From Vicinamibacterales bacterium (GTDB lineage: Bacteria > Acidobacteriota > Vicinamibacteria > Vicinamibacterales > JAMQPK01): DNA of 64,000 bases. Of this stretch, positions 10,149-18,499 are shown piece by piece. A program made the translations under genes and the position numbers. The stretch's first letter is position 1. Each line of letters starts with the position of its first letter. Under the pieces are notes generated by a model. It was not told the DNA's origin, did no database searches, and saw only the letters and a program-made list of their open reading frames with translations. The stretch is taken from the NCBI GenBank assembly GCA_963821375.1, contig CAWGDN010000001.1:136580-200579 (forward strand). The letters are read 5' to 3'.

Positions 10149-10183
10149 GCCGAACACGCGAGGCCAATCAAAAAGGGAGAGAG

Positions 10184-10741
10184 ATGCCAATGAAACTGGC
10201 GGTCTTGATGTTCGCAATACTCGTCGCCGGTTCTCCTCCTCGTGCTGAAGCGCAAACGACGCAAGCCGAAACACCGACCGCTGTGGAGGAGATCTACTTG
10301 TTCCGGTCCGTTCCGGAACGGGCCATCGATGGCGAGACCGACTTCTGCAGGACCACGGCGCCGTTCACGGCGACTGGCGAGAACCTTTTTTCTCTGTGGT
10401 CCATCAGCGGAGACGATGCATCCGGACGCGTCACCGACGTCAGACGCAGTCGGATCGGTGAGATGCGTGCTTGTCTGGCGGTTTCCCCGAACGCGCCGCC
10501 GAGGATCTACACAATCGGAACGATCAACGGGATTCCATTCAGGGGCTCAGGGGATCAGTACGTCGCGCAACAGACGCCGGTGGTCCAGTCGCGCGTGAAC
10601 CGGTTCCTGCTCGAAGGACTCCCCGCCCCATATGTCGGCGGTCTGATTTCGTCGAACACCGTGCGTCTCACGCCGCCCGACACCGAAGGCTACGTGCTGT
10701 CCTCTATATCAATCGTGCGGCTCTGGAAAGTGCCGCGGTGA
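10184..10741 (+). CDS. Secreted hypothetical protein
   Basis: GGGAGAG RBS; MPMKLAVLMFAILVAGSPPRAEA signal peptide; two Cys; no family recognised. Confidence 0.7.
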   Translation: MPMKLAVLMFAILVAGSPPRAEAQTTQAETPTAVEEIYLFRSVPERAIDGETDFCRTTAPFTATGENLFSLWSISGDDASGRVTDVRRSRIGEMRACLAVSPNAPPRIYTIGTINGIPFRGSGDQYVAQQTPVVQSRVNRFLLEGLPAPYVGGLISSNTVRLTPPDTEGYVLSSISIVRLWKVPR

Positions 10742-10752
10742 AGCAACCTCTC

Positions 10753-12549
10753 TCAATTCAGTTCCCAAACCCACAGAACAGCGTTAGCCGGAGGTAGCGA
10801 TGCACCGATCTCCGGCACGATTCCCACGTAGTGGCCTCGCCCATTGATCCCCGAATACCCGGCAATCATCGCGATGTACTGTTTGCCATCGACGGTGTAG
10901 GTGATCGGGAACGCGTTCGGCACGTCGTTGAGGCGCGTTTCCCACAGAATCTTGCCGGTGCGGTCGTCGTGTGCGCGGAAATAGCGGTCCATGGTCCCGA
11001 CGAAGACGAGCCCGCCTGCGGTCGTCAGCACGGCCGACGACTGAGGCGAGCGTTCTCGGTGTTGCCAGGTCACCTCACGAGTCTCGAGATTGACCGCGAC
11101 AACCCTTCCAGGCTCGCCGTCCGGTGTATTGGGGTTGGGCTGGACCCCACCTCCCGGCCTCATACAAATTTCGTTCAGCGTGAAGTAGTAGTTCTTGGTC
11201 GCCGGGTCGTACGCCCCGGCTTGAAAGCTCTTCGCACCGGCATTGGTCGGACAGAAGAAATAGGTGTTCCAGGGCTCAGCCTCAATCAGCGTCTTCGCGC
11301 CAGTCACGGGATCGATCGACTTCACCATCGTCTGGGTACCCATGTCCTTCGCGTAGATGAACTCACCCGTCGCCGCATCCAACACCTCAACAATGCCCGG
11401 CTTCCCCACCGTCACGACGGCTTTCCGCATTCGTCCGTTGACCCGGATGTTGACGACGATCCGCTCGAACGCATAGTCCTGATCCCACGAGTCATTCGGC
11501 AAGTGCGCGAAGTGCCATGCCAGCTTGCCGGTGTCGGGATTCAACGCCAACGTTGAGTTGGTGTACAGCAGCTCATGTGTCTTCGAGACCGGCCCTTCCG
11601 GTTCGAACGTCCCTCTGTCCATGGAAACCCAGGGATAGGGTTGGCCGGTGCCCCAATACGTGAGGTTCAACTCGGGGTCGTAACTTCCCGACGTCCAGAG
11701 GGCCGCACCATTCCGCCGCTCAGGTGGCAGGTTGTTCCAGCTATCGCCGCCAGGCTCGCCAGGTTTGGGGATCGTGTTGAAGCGCCAGAGCTCCTTGCCC
11801 GTCTCGAGATCGTGCGCCGAGATGAAGCAGCCATCCGGCGGCGGCTTGGGCGCGGTGCGGCCAGGCGAGCAATTCGTCGTGGCCATGAGCACCTTGTCGC
11901 GAATGATGAGCGGACCAGAGTTGTAGGCGTACCTGAGCTTGTAGTCGGCAACCGTGGTGTCCCACAGTACCTTGCCGGACTTTGCATCGAGCGCAATGAG
12001 ATGGACATCGGTTGTCGGCAAGATAACTTTGTTGCCCGCGATCGCCAGGTGTTTCTTGGTCCTCAGAAAAGACGCGAGGGTCATGTCGCTCGGCAGGTCC
12101 CTGGTGTATTGCCAGAGGAGATTGCCAGTCTTGGCGTCCATCGCCTGCACACGATCACCGTAATTCCAGACGTACATGATCCCGTCGTGAACCAAGGGTG
12201 TGGATTCATTCACTCCGGGAGCCAGGGACCACGTCCAAGCCACCTTCAGGTTCTTGACGTTGTTGCGGTTTATCTGAGTGAGAGGGCTGATGCCCTGCCC
12301 GCTATAGGTTCGACGCCAGTGGAGCCAGTCGCCCGGCGGTGGGTTCAACAGTTGCTGCTCTGTCACAGGGGTGAGCCGCTTCAGCGGTGCGAGCCGAGCT
12401 TCCGTCCTGGCGGGGGTCGTTGGGTCGGCAAGGGCCCTGGTGGTTGCTCCGCCGCCACCGCCTCCCGGAGGAGGGGTCGCAGGGTTCTGCGCAAGCAACC
12501 ACGAAGAAAAAAGAAGTGACCATATGCCGACAAGGTGTCTTCTACGCAT
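10753..12549 (-). CDS. PQQ-binding 8-blade beta-propeller dehydrogenase (alcohol-DH-like, atypical active site)
   Basis: AAGGA RBS; DWLHWRRTY, ESTPLVHDGIMY, W-motifs, GSYDPELNLTYWGTG, PITYTVDGKQYIA. Confidence 0.88.
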   Translation of the reverse strand: MRRRHLVGIWSLLFSSWLLAQNPATPPPGGGGGGATTRALADPTTPARTEARLAPLKRLTPVTEQQLLNPPPGDWLHWRRTYSGQGISPLTQINRNNVKNLKVAWTWSLAPGVNESTPLVHDGIMYVWNYGDRVQAMDAKTGNLLWQYTRDLPSDMTLASFLRTKKHLAIAGNKVILPTTDVHLIALDAKSGKVLWDTTVADYKLRYAYNSGPLIIRDKVLMATTNCSPGRTAPKPPPDGCFISAHDLETGKELWRFNTIPKPGEPGGDSWNNLPPERRNGAALWTSGSYDPELNLTYWGTGQPYPWVSMDRGTFEPEGPVSKTHELLYTNSTLALNPDTGKLAWHFAHLPNDSWDQDYAFERIVVNIRVNGRMRKAVVTVGKPGIVEVLDAATGEFIYAKDMGTQTMVKSIDPVTGAKTLIEAEPWNTYFFCPTNAGAKSFQAGAYDPATKNYYFTLNEICMRPGGGVQPNPNTPDGEPGRVVAVNLETREVTWQHRERSPQSSAVLTTAGGLVFVGTMDRYFRAHDDRTGKILWETRLNDVPNAFPITYTVDGKQYIAMIAGYSGINGRGHYVGIVPEIGASLPPANAVLWVWELN

Positions 12550-12574
12550 GATTTCCTTGGGCCTCCACTCCTCA

Positions 12575-14896
12575 CTACGGCACGCCGGCGGCAGGCAATG
12601 CGAAGACGACGTAGCCCCTGGGTTCACCCGACGTCGGTCCCATGGCGGCCGTAGGCACGGCACTGGCATTGACGACCAGAAACTGACGTCCATTCACTTC
12701 GTACATCGAGGGAAGCGCTCGGCCGCCGCCGGTCGGAAGAGCGGTCGTCCAGAGAACTCTGCCGGTGTCCGTATCATGGACCCGCAGCCTCGCATCACCG
12801 CCCACCTGGAATAGCAGTCCTGTCGATGTGATGATCATCCCTGTGCGATGCTGGATGTAGCCGGTATCACGCCCGCCTTCGACCACCGCACGCGCGTCCT
12901 CGCCCCCGGACGGAACCTGCCAAGCGATCGTGCCCGTGTTCAAGTTGTACTTCGTGAGGGTCGCATACGGCGGCGCCGCAAGAGCCGCTTGTCCCCCACC
13001 CGTGGAGAAATACCGAAGCTCGGCGCCTGTCGTGCCGGGTGGATACGGCCAGTCTGGACCGATGTTGTTCCCCGTCGTCGGGGCCTGCCCATTCGGCTGC
13101 ACGCGACCGGCGGGCGCACCGCCGCTCGCAACAACCGGCCCACCGACCACGGTTGGCACGCGCGCTGGTCCGGCTCCCCGACCCCGTCCGCCGCCGAGCG
13201 GCGCCGCGAGAAACGCGACGAGCGCCTCCAGTTCGGTCGCGTTCAGATCGGTCGGCGGCATCGGCCCACGGCCGTCCACAATGACGGAACGGAGGCCGAC
13301 CGCTCCCAGGCGGCCGTTTGCTCCAATCAATGTCGGCGAGCCGCCGGTACCCTGACGATCGACGCCGTGGCACGATTCGCAGCGCTCCTTGTAAATAGCG
13401 GCCCCTTGTTGCACGGCCGCCGCCGGCGCGGGCGGTGCGCCTCCACGCCCACGCTCCAGCTGCAGCCTCTGAATGAACGGCATGTTGATGCCGAGCACAT
13501 ACACCGAGCCGTCGGTTGGATGCGCGGCCGTTGTCCCCACGTTCGCTCCACCTTGCGTTCCCGGCATGATGACGGTTTCTCGCGTTGCGGAGAGTGGAGT
13601 GAACATAGCCACACCGCCGCCTCCCCCCTGCGACTTGGCAAGACGGAGCTTCCACTCCTCGCGCTGGGCAGGAGTCAGAATGAACGGATTGAGATCGTCG
13701 GCTGAGAACGTCTGACGGGCAAACGGCGGGGGCGCTGTCGGAAACGGCTGCGTCGGCCAGGCCTTCTCTCCCGGCACATCGCTTGGCGGGACGGGTCTTT
13801 CTTCAATGGGCCAGATGGGTTCGCCGGTCACCCGATCGAAGACATACAGGAATCCGGTCTTGCCGGCTTGAGCCACCACATCCACCATCCGGCCCTTGTG
13901 ACGGATGGTCGTCAGCACTGGAGCGGCAGAATTGTCCCAGTCCCAGAGATCGTGGTGCACCATCTGGAAGTGCCACAGTCGTCTTCCAGTTCGCGCGTCG
14001 AGCGCGAGGAGCGCGGTGCCAAATAGATTGATCCCCTGGCGATCAGCTCCGTAGAAGTCGTAGGTGGGCGACCCTGTGGGAAAGTACGCGATGCCGCGTT
14101 CTGCATCGAGCGAGATCTCGCCCCAGGTATTCGCGCCGCCAGCGTAGCGCCAGGCGTCCTTCGGCCAGGTGTCGTACCCAAATTCCCCGGGCTGCGGCAC
14201 GGTATGAAACTGCCAGACGAGCTTCCCGGTGACCACGTCGTACGCGCGCAAGTCTCCAGGCGGCGACATGTAATTCTCGCCACTCGACGAGCCCATGATG
14301 AGGAGGTTCTCGAAAACCTTTCCGATCACTCGAGACTGCACCTGGATGACGGTCTGCGGGTCGCGGCCCAATCCATCGCGGAGATTCACGACGCCCTCCT
14401 CGCCAAAGGTCAGGATCGACTGACCGGTGCGTGCATCGATCGCCTGGAGATAGTTGTTGTGCTGAATGAACAACCGGCGATCCGAACGGTCCTTGCTCTC
14501 CCAGTAGACCGTGCCTCGCGGCGAGAGATTGTCGATCCCCTGCAGCCCTTCGTGGATCCAGATTTCCTTGCCCGTCGTGGCATCCACCGCGACCAACGAG
14601 TAGTTCCGCGCGAATACGTACATCACGTTGTCGATCACGACGGGGTTGAAGGCGTAGGTGATGTTGTCCTGCGTCGGATAAGTCCACGCGACCTGGAGCT
14701 GGTGGACGTTGGCCTTGGTGATCTGGTCCAGGGTCATGTACTTCGCGTTGTCGGGGCTGCCGCCGTACTCGCGCCACGTGCGTCGATCGAGCCCTCGCTG
14801 CTGCGCGGAACCGAAGTGAGAGACGGCGACAACGAAGAACACCAGCCAGACAGACACGACGCCCAAGCGCGCTTGCGGGCGGCCGAGATTGCGCAT
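12575..14896 (-). CDS. Quinoprotein glucose-dehydrogenase-like protein with internal c-type heme domain
   Basis: WREYGG, GANTWGE, PTGSPTYDFYGADR, HHDLWDWD, AQAGKTG, WPTQPFP; CESCH with a downstream GPMP lies before the final blades. Confidence 0.88.
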   Translation of the reverse strand: MRNLGRPQARLGVVSVWLVFFVVAVSHFGSAQQRGLDRRTWREYGGSPDNAKYMTLDQITKANVHQLQVAWTYPTQDNITYAFNPVVIDNVMYVFARNYSLVAVDATTGKEIWIHEGLQGIDNLSPRGTVYWESKDRSDRRLFIQHNNYLQAIDARTGQSILTFGEEGVVNLRDGLGRDPQTVIQVQSRVIGKVFENLLIMGSSSGENYMSPPGDLRAYDVVTGKLVWQFHTVPQPGEFGYDTWPKDAWRYAGGANTWGEISLDAERGIAYFPTGSPTYDFYGADRQGINLFGTALLALDARTGRRLWHFQMVHHDLWDWDNSAAPVLTTIRHKGRMVDVVAQAGKTGFLYVFDRVTGEPIWPIEERPVPPSDVPGEKAWPTQPFPTAPPPFARQTFSADDLNPFILTPAQREEWKLRLAKSQGGGGGVAMFTPLSATRETVIMPGTQGGANVGTTAAHPTDGSVYVLGINMPFIQRLQLERGRGGAPPAPAAAVQQGAAIYKERCESCHGVDRQGTGGSPTLIGANGRLGAVGLRSVIVDGRGPMPPTDLNATELEALVAFLAAPLGGGRGRGAGPARVPTVVGGPVVASGGAPAGRVQPNGQAPTTGNNIGPDWPYPPGTTGAELRYFSTGGGQAALAAPPYATLTKYNLNTGTIAWQVPSGGEDARAVVEGGRDTGYIQHRTGMIITSTGLLFQVGGDARLRVHDTDTGRVLWTTALPTGGGRALPSMYEVNGRQFLVVNASAVPTAAMGPTSGEPRGYVVFALPAAGVP

Positions 14897-14905
14897 GGCC
14901 CGCGC

Positions 14906-16054
14906 CTACCTGCCGCCCGACGTAATCTGCGACGTCCGGACGTTGAACCGGTGCACCCGTCCGTACAGATTGAACTCAGAGATCAGAAGGTCACCGCGCG
15001 AACTGAACGCAATGCCGTGAGGGGCAGTAAAAATACCAGGGCGCCATTTGGACGGGTCCGTCGCGTTGTTCTGCACTTCGTCCGCGACGGTGTTGACACC
15101 CAGATTCGAGACAACCTTGCCGGCCTTGTCCAACAGGTAAACCTGCCCTCGAAGTGAGGCAATCGCCGCGTAGTCCCCGTAGATGGCAATGGCTGCCGGC
15201 AACACGATGTCCGTTGCCACCACACCGATGAGATCGCCCTCGAGCGTCAGGTGGACGATCCGATTGTTGGCGCGATCGCACGCGATGAGCCTGGCGGGTG
15301 TAAACCTCGTATCGACGGCGAGCTTATGCAGGGTGCGGAAACCGTAAGGCTGCGCGTTGCTGCCAAACGACTTGATGTACTTCCCCGTGCGATCAAACCG
15401 ATGGATGAAGCTGGTCGCATATCCGTCCGCCGCGTAAATATCTCCATTCGGCGCCACGGTCGCATGTGTCAGCCTGGTAAAGGGCCGGCCATCTTCCGTC
15501 TTGTTCTTGAACTGATCCGGAATACTCGAGGCGGGGATGGCCAACACCACCTTGCCGTCCAGGCTCATCTTGACGATCACCTGATCTGCGATTCGGGCAA
15601 GATATTCGGCCGTCGTGCCGTTCCCCAAACGAGCACCGTAGATAAACTCGCCACCTGCCTCGCGCTGAATCACAAAACCGTGAAAGTCATACGGCGCATT
15701 TGGGACATTGCGGACGAAATGGCCGTTGGCGTCATAGACCTGAAGGCCTGGCCCTGGCCCGTTGGAAGCGAACCGCTGCCGGGCGGTGCCCTCAACGCTT
15801 ACGTAGACGTCTCCCGTCGAACTGACGGCCACATCACCATGCATGCTGCCGATCTCATTGCTCGAATCCCAGCCTCTGGTCTCCTTTCGCCATTCCGGCA
15901 CCTTGAGCCAGCCGGGCGCCACCTCGTAGACGGGCGCAGCCGCCTCGGTTCGCGGGCCCTGTGCTGCCTGCGCAAATGAGAGCGGCTGAATGGCCGCAAC
16001 AATCAATCCGATGGATGCCAGGGTCATGATCGCGACAGTGCGGCGTGATTTCAT
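14906..16054 (-). CDS. NHL-repeat 6-blade propeller (PAL-like), secreted
   Basis: AGGAAAGG RBS; signal peptide; APNGDIYAADGY, CDRANNRI, PHGIAF repeats. Confidence 0.8.
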   Translation of the reverse strand: MKSRRTVAIMTLASIGLIVAAIQPLSFAQAAQGPRTEAAAPVYEVAPGWLKVPEWRKETRGWDSSNEIGSMHGDVAVSSTGDVYVSVEGTARQRFASNGPGPGLQVYDANGHFVRNVPNAPYDFHGFVIQREAGGEFIYGARLGNGTTAEYLARIADQVIVKMSLDGKVVLAIPASSIPDQFKNKTEDGRPFTRLTHATVAPNGDIYAADGYATSFIHRFDRTGKYIKSFGSNAQPYGFRTLHKLAVDTRFTPARLIACDRANNRIVHLTLEGDLIGVVATDIVLPAAIAIYGDYAAIASLRGQVYLLDKAGKVVSNLGVNTVADEVQNNATDPSKWRPGIFTAPHGIAFSSRGDLLISEFNLYGRVHRFNVRTSQITSGGR

Positions 16055-16077
16055 AGAAGGTCCCTTTCCTCTATGCG

Positions 16078-16488
16078 TCATTCGACGCCCGGTACGCGCA
16101 GGGCTCCGGGAAGCGCATCACCGGTGCCGAGTTTGCGGCCGTCCGCAAGAACCACATGGTCGAAGCAGCCCCCGGGGCGTCCGTCCTTGTACGGATGACC
16201 CACAACGGTGATGACATCCCCGGCCTTGACAGAATCTCTGTTCCAGCCCACTCGTTTCAGCACGGCAATCGCCGCGCCCTCGAAGCTATACGTCACGGCC
16301 TTGTTGTTTTCCATCACTGTGAGATCGATCCACACGTGAGGGTTCGTCCATTCGAGCTCTTTAACAGTGCCCTTGAACGTGACGGTCTTTCCCATGTCGA
16401 ACAACGAGAACGAGTGATGCGCCTGGATCGGCGCGGTCAGCACAGCCAGCAGCGTTGCGAGTATTCCTGCCTTGATCCTGCGCCTCAT
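16078..16488 (-). CDS. DUF6152-like exported protein
   Basis: Signal peptide IQA then HHSFSLFD; GTVKELEWTNPH; OB-fold-like GDVITVVGHP. Confidence 0.75.
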   Translation of the reverse strand: MRRRIKAGILATLLAVLTAPIQAHHSFSLFDMGKTVTFKGTVKELEWTNPHVWIDLTVMENNKAVTYSFEGAAIAVLKRVGWNRDSVKAGDVITVVGHPYKDGRPGGCFDHVVLADGRKLGTGDALPGALRVPGVE

Positions 16489-17291
16489 CGCGTTGCCTCC
16501 CTATCTCTGAGGTGGCGGTTGTTCTCGCACACGTACTCCTCGAAACGGCTGCCCGGCGGCATCGGAACATACGCGCGGCGGATGGTGAACGGCACAGTGA
16601 ACGCCTCTGGATCCGTGAGCGTCGTCTCGATCTCCAAGCGCTTGGGATTGACGCGCCGGAAGCGCTCCACCACGGTCAGCTTGTCGGAATACGGGACGCC
16701 GTCGCGGTCGAGCGTCCCAGGACGGACGTTGTTGGTCTCGACAACGAGCGTGTCCCCTTCCCATCGGCCGATCGAGTCGCCATTGAAACTCGGATCGGCG
16801 CCTGTCGTGTGGCCGATGCCGTCCAGATAGATCCTGCGGATGTCGTGGAGCACGCCGAGGTTCAGCGTGATCTGTCCCGGTGTCTGGATGATCTCAACCG
16901 GCATCGTCCCGAAGCGCGCGATGCCAAAGGCCAGACATCTGGTGACCGTATCGGGCTCCTGCGCGCCCGTTTCGAACTGCTTGCGCCACTCCGCATATTT
17001 TTTTGCGTAGGCCGGGGTGAGCTGCGGCCGCAACGGTTGTGTGGCGGGCCGTCCGCCGGTCGTCGCCGTCGAGGAAGCCCTGGAGGGCTCCTGCTGCTCG
17101 CCGATCGGAGGACCGAAATAGCCAAACTCAGGGTTCCACATGCCCGAGATGTTCGGGTGAGCCGGATCGCCGTAGAGAGAATCCTTCATCGCCGTCCTGT
17201 CCTGCGCCACCGGCCGGGCACAGAGGAAGACACTAACCGCGGCGATTACCGATAAGCAGACGGCGCGCCTGCGTGTCGATCTGAGCTCCAT
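16485..17291 (-). CDS. Conserved exported protein (GxWEGDTLVV family), translationally coupled to DUF6152
   Basis: PNISGMW, DTVTRC, SIGRWEGDTLVVET, DPEAF, EYVCENN; paralogs at 29744 and 30619. Confidence 0.75.
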   Translation of the reverse strand: MELRSTRRRAVCLSVIAAVSVFLCARPVAQDRTAMKDSLYGDPAHPNISGMWNPEFGYFGPPIGEQQEPSRASSTATTGGRPATQPLRPQLTPAYAKKYAEWRKQFETGAQEPDTVTRCLAFGIARFGTMPVEIIQTPGQITLNLGVLHDIRRIYLDGIGHTTGADPSFNGDSIGRWEGDTLVVETNNVRPGTLDRDGVPYSDKLTVVERFRRVNPKRLEIETTLTDPEAFTVPFTIRRAYVPMPPGSRFEEYVCENNRHLRDREATR

Positions 17292-17351
17292 GGACGCCCC
17301 CCTTTTCTGGCAGAAGAAGATGGGAGGAGTGTAGCGCGATCGCGACGGAGG

Positions 17352-17380
17352 TTGACACACTTGCGTCAGTCACCCATAGT
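17352..17380 (+). promoter_or_regulatory. Sigma70-type promoter
   Basis: TTGACA-17 bp-CATAGT upstream of 17408. Confidence 0.55.
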
Positions 17381-17407
17381 CCTAATCTTACAAGCCCGAG
17401 AAAGACT

Positions 17408-18493
17408 ATGGAACCGCTTACACGTCGTGAGTTTCTGGGTGGCCTTGCAGGGGCAGGGGCTGGCGCGCTGCTGCCTCAGTCGACGGCGGGCCAGGTGAGG
17501 CCAGGAAGGATCAACGTTCACCATCACCTCACACCACCCGCGTATGTGAAGTTCTTAACGGAGAACAAGGTCCGGGAGTTTCCGAACAGGTCCGTCGCGG
17601 AAGGCCTGGAGGACCTGGACAAGGGCGGCATTGCCCTGGCCTACACGTCGATCATTGGGCCCGGCATATGGTTTGGCAACATCAACGACACGCGGCGGCT
17701 TGCGCGAGAGTGCAACGACTGGGCCGCGAAGTTGATCGCCGACTATCCCGGCCGGTTCGGAATGTTTGCCTCTCTGCCTCTTCCCGATATCGACGGAAGT
17801 CTCAAAGAGATCGAATACGCCTTCGACACGCTGAAGGCCGACGGCATCTTCCTCTTCACGAACTTTGGGCAGACTCCTCTGTACGGCGACAAGTACCTGG
17901 GCGATCCCCTGCTGGCGCCGCTATACGAGGAACTGAATCGGCGAAGAGCCGTCATCTACACGCACCCAAAGGACAACTTCTGCTGCCGCGAACTCGTTCC
18001 GGGCGTTGCCAATCCGACGATCGAGTACGGAACGGATACGACTCGCGCGATTGTCAGCGTTGTCACCAGCGGCACGGCTGCGAGATACCCGAATCTCCGT
18101 TTCATCTTCTCGCATGGCGGCGGGACTGCGCCTTACTTGATCTCACGGATTGCAGGAAGTCAGGCTCCGTATCTGCGCGAGGGGGGTGTCATCGCACCCG
18201 GGGCGCCAGCGCCCACGACAAGCGCGAATGTTCCAAAGGGACCAATCGCTGAGCTGCAGAAGTTCTACTACGACACGGCCAGCGTGGAAAATCCGGTGGC
18301 GCTGAGCGGTCTGCGAAGACTGGTTCCTTTGAGCCAGATCCTCTTTGGGACGGATTTCCCGTTTGGGTCGAGCGCCCAGGCACGCGTCAATGCCCTGGAG
18401 GCCTCCGGTGTGTTCAACGACAAGGAGCTCCAGGCCATCTACAGAGACAATCCCTCGAAGTTATTGCCTCGAGCGCGCCAGACCACGAGGTAG
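17408..18493 (+). CDS. Tat-exported Amidohydrolase_2
   Basis: TRREFL signal; INVHHH, YTHP..NFCC, SHGGG, YYDTA, FGTDFP. Confidence 0.88.
   Translation: MEPLTRREFLGGLAGAGAGALLPQSTAGQVRPGRINVHHHLTPPAYVKFLTENKVREFPNRSVAEGLEDLDKGGIALAYTSIIGPGIWFGNINDTRRLARECNDWAAKLIADYPGRFGMFASLPLPDIDGSLKEIEYAFDTLKADGIFLFTNFGQTPLYGDKYLGDPLLAPLYEELNRRRAVIYTHPKDNFCCRELVPGVANPTIEYGTDTTRAIVSVVTSGTAARYPNLRFIFSHGGGTAPYLISRIAGSQAPYLREGGVIAPGAPAPTTSANVPKGPIAELQKFYYDTASVENPVALSGLRRLVPLSQILFGTDFPFGSSAQARVNALEASGVFNDKELQAIYRDNPSKLLPRARQTTR
17409..17422. promoter_or_regulatory. LacI-type operator, site 1 (degenerate; overlaps start codon)
   Basis: TGGAACCGCTTACA, 12/14 match to TGGAACCGGTTCCA. Confidence 0.5.
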
Positions 18494-18499
18494 ACGCGG

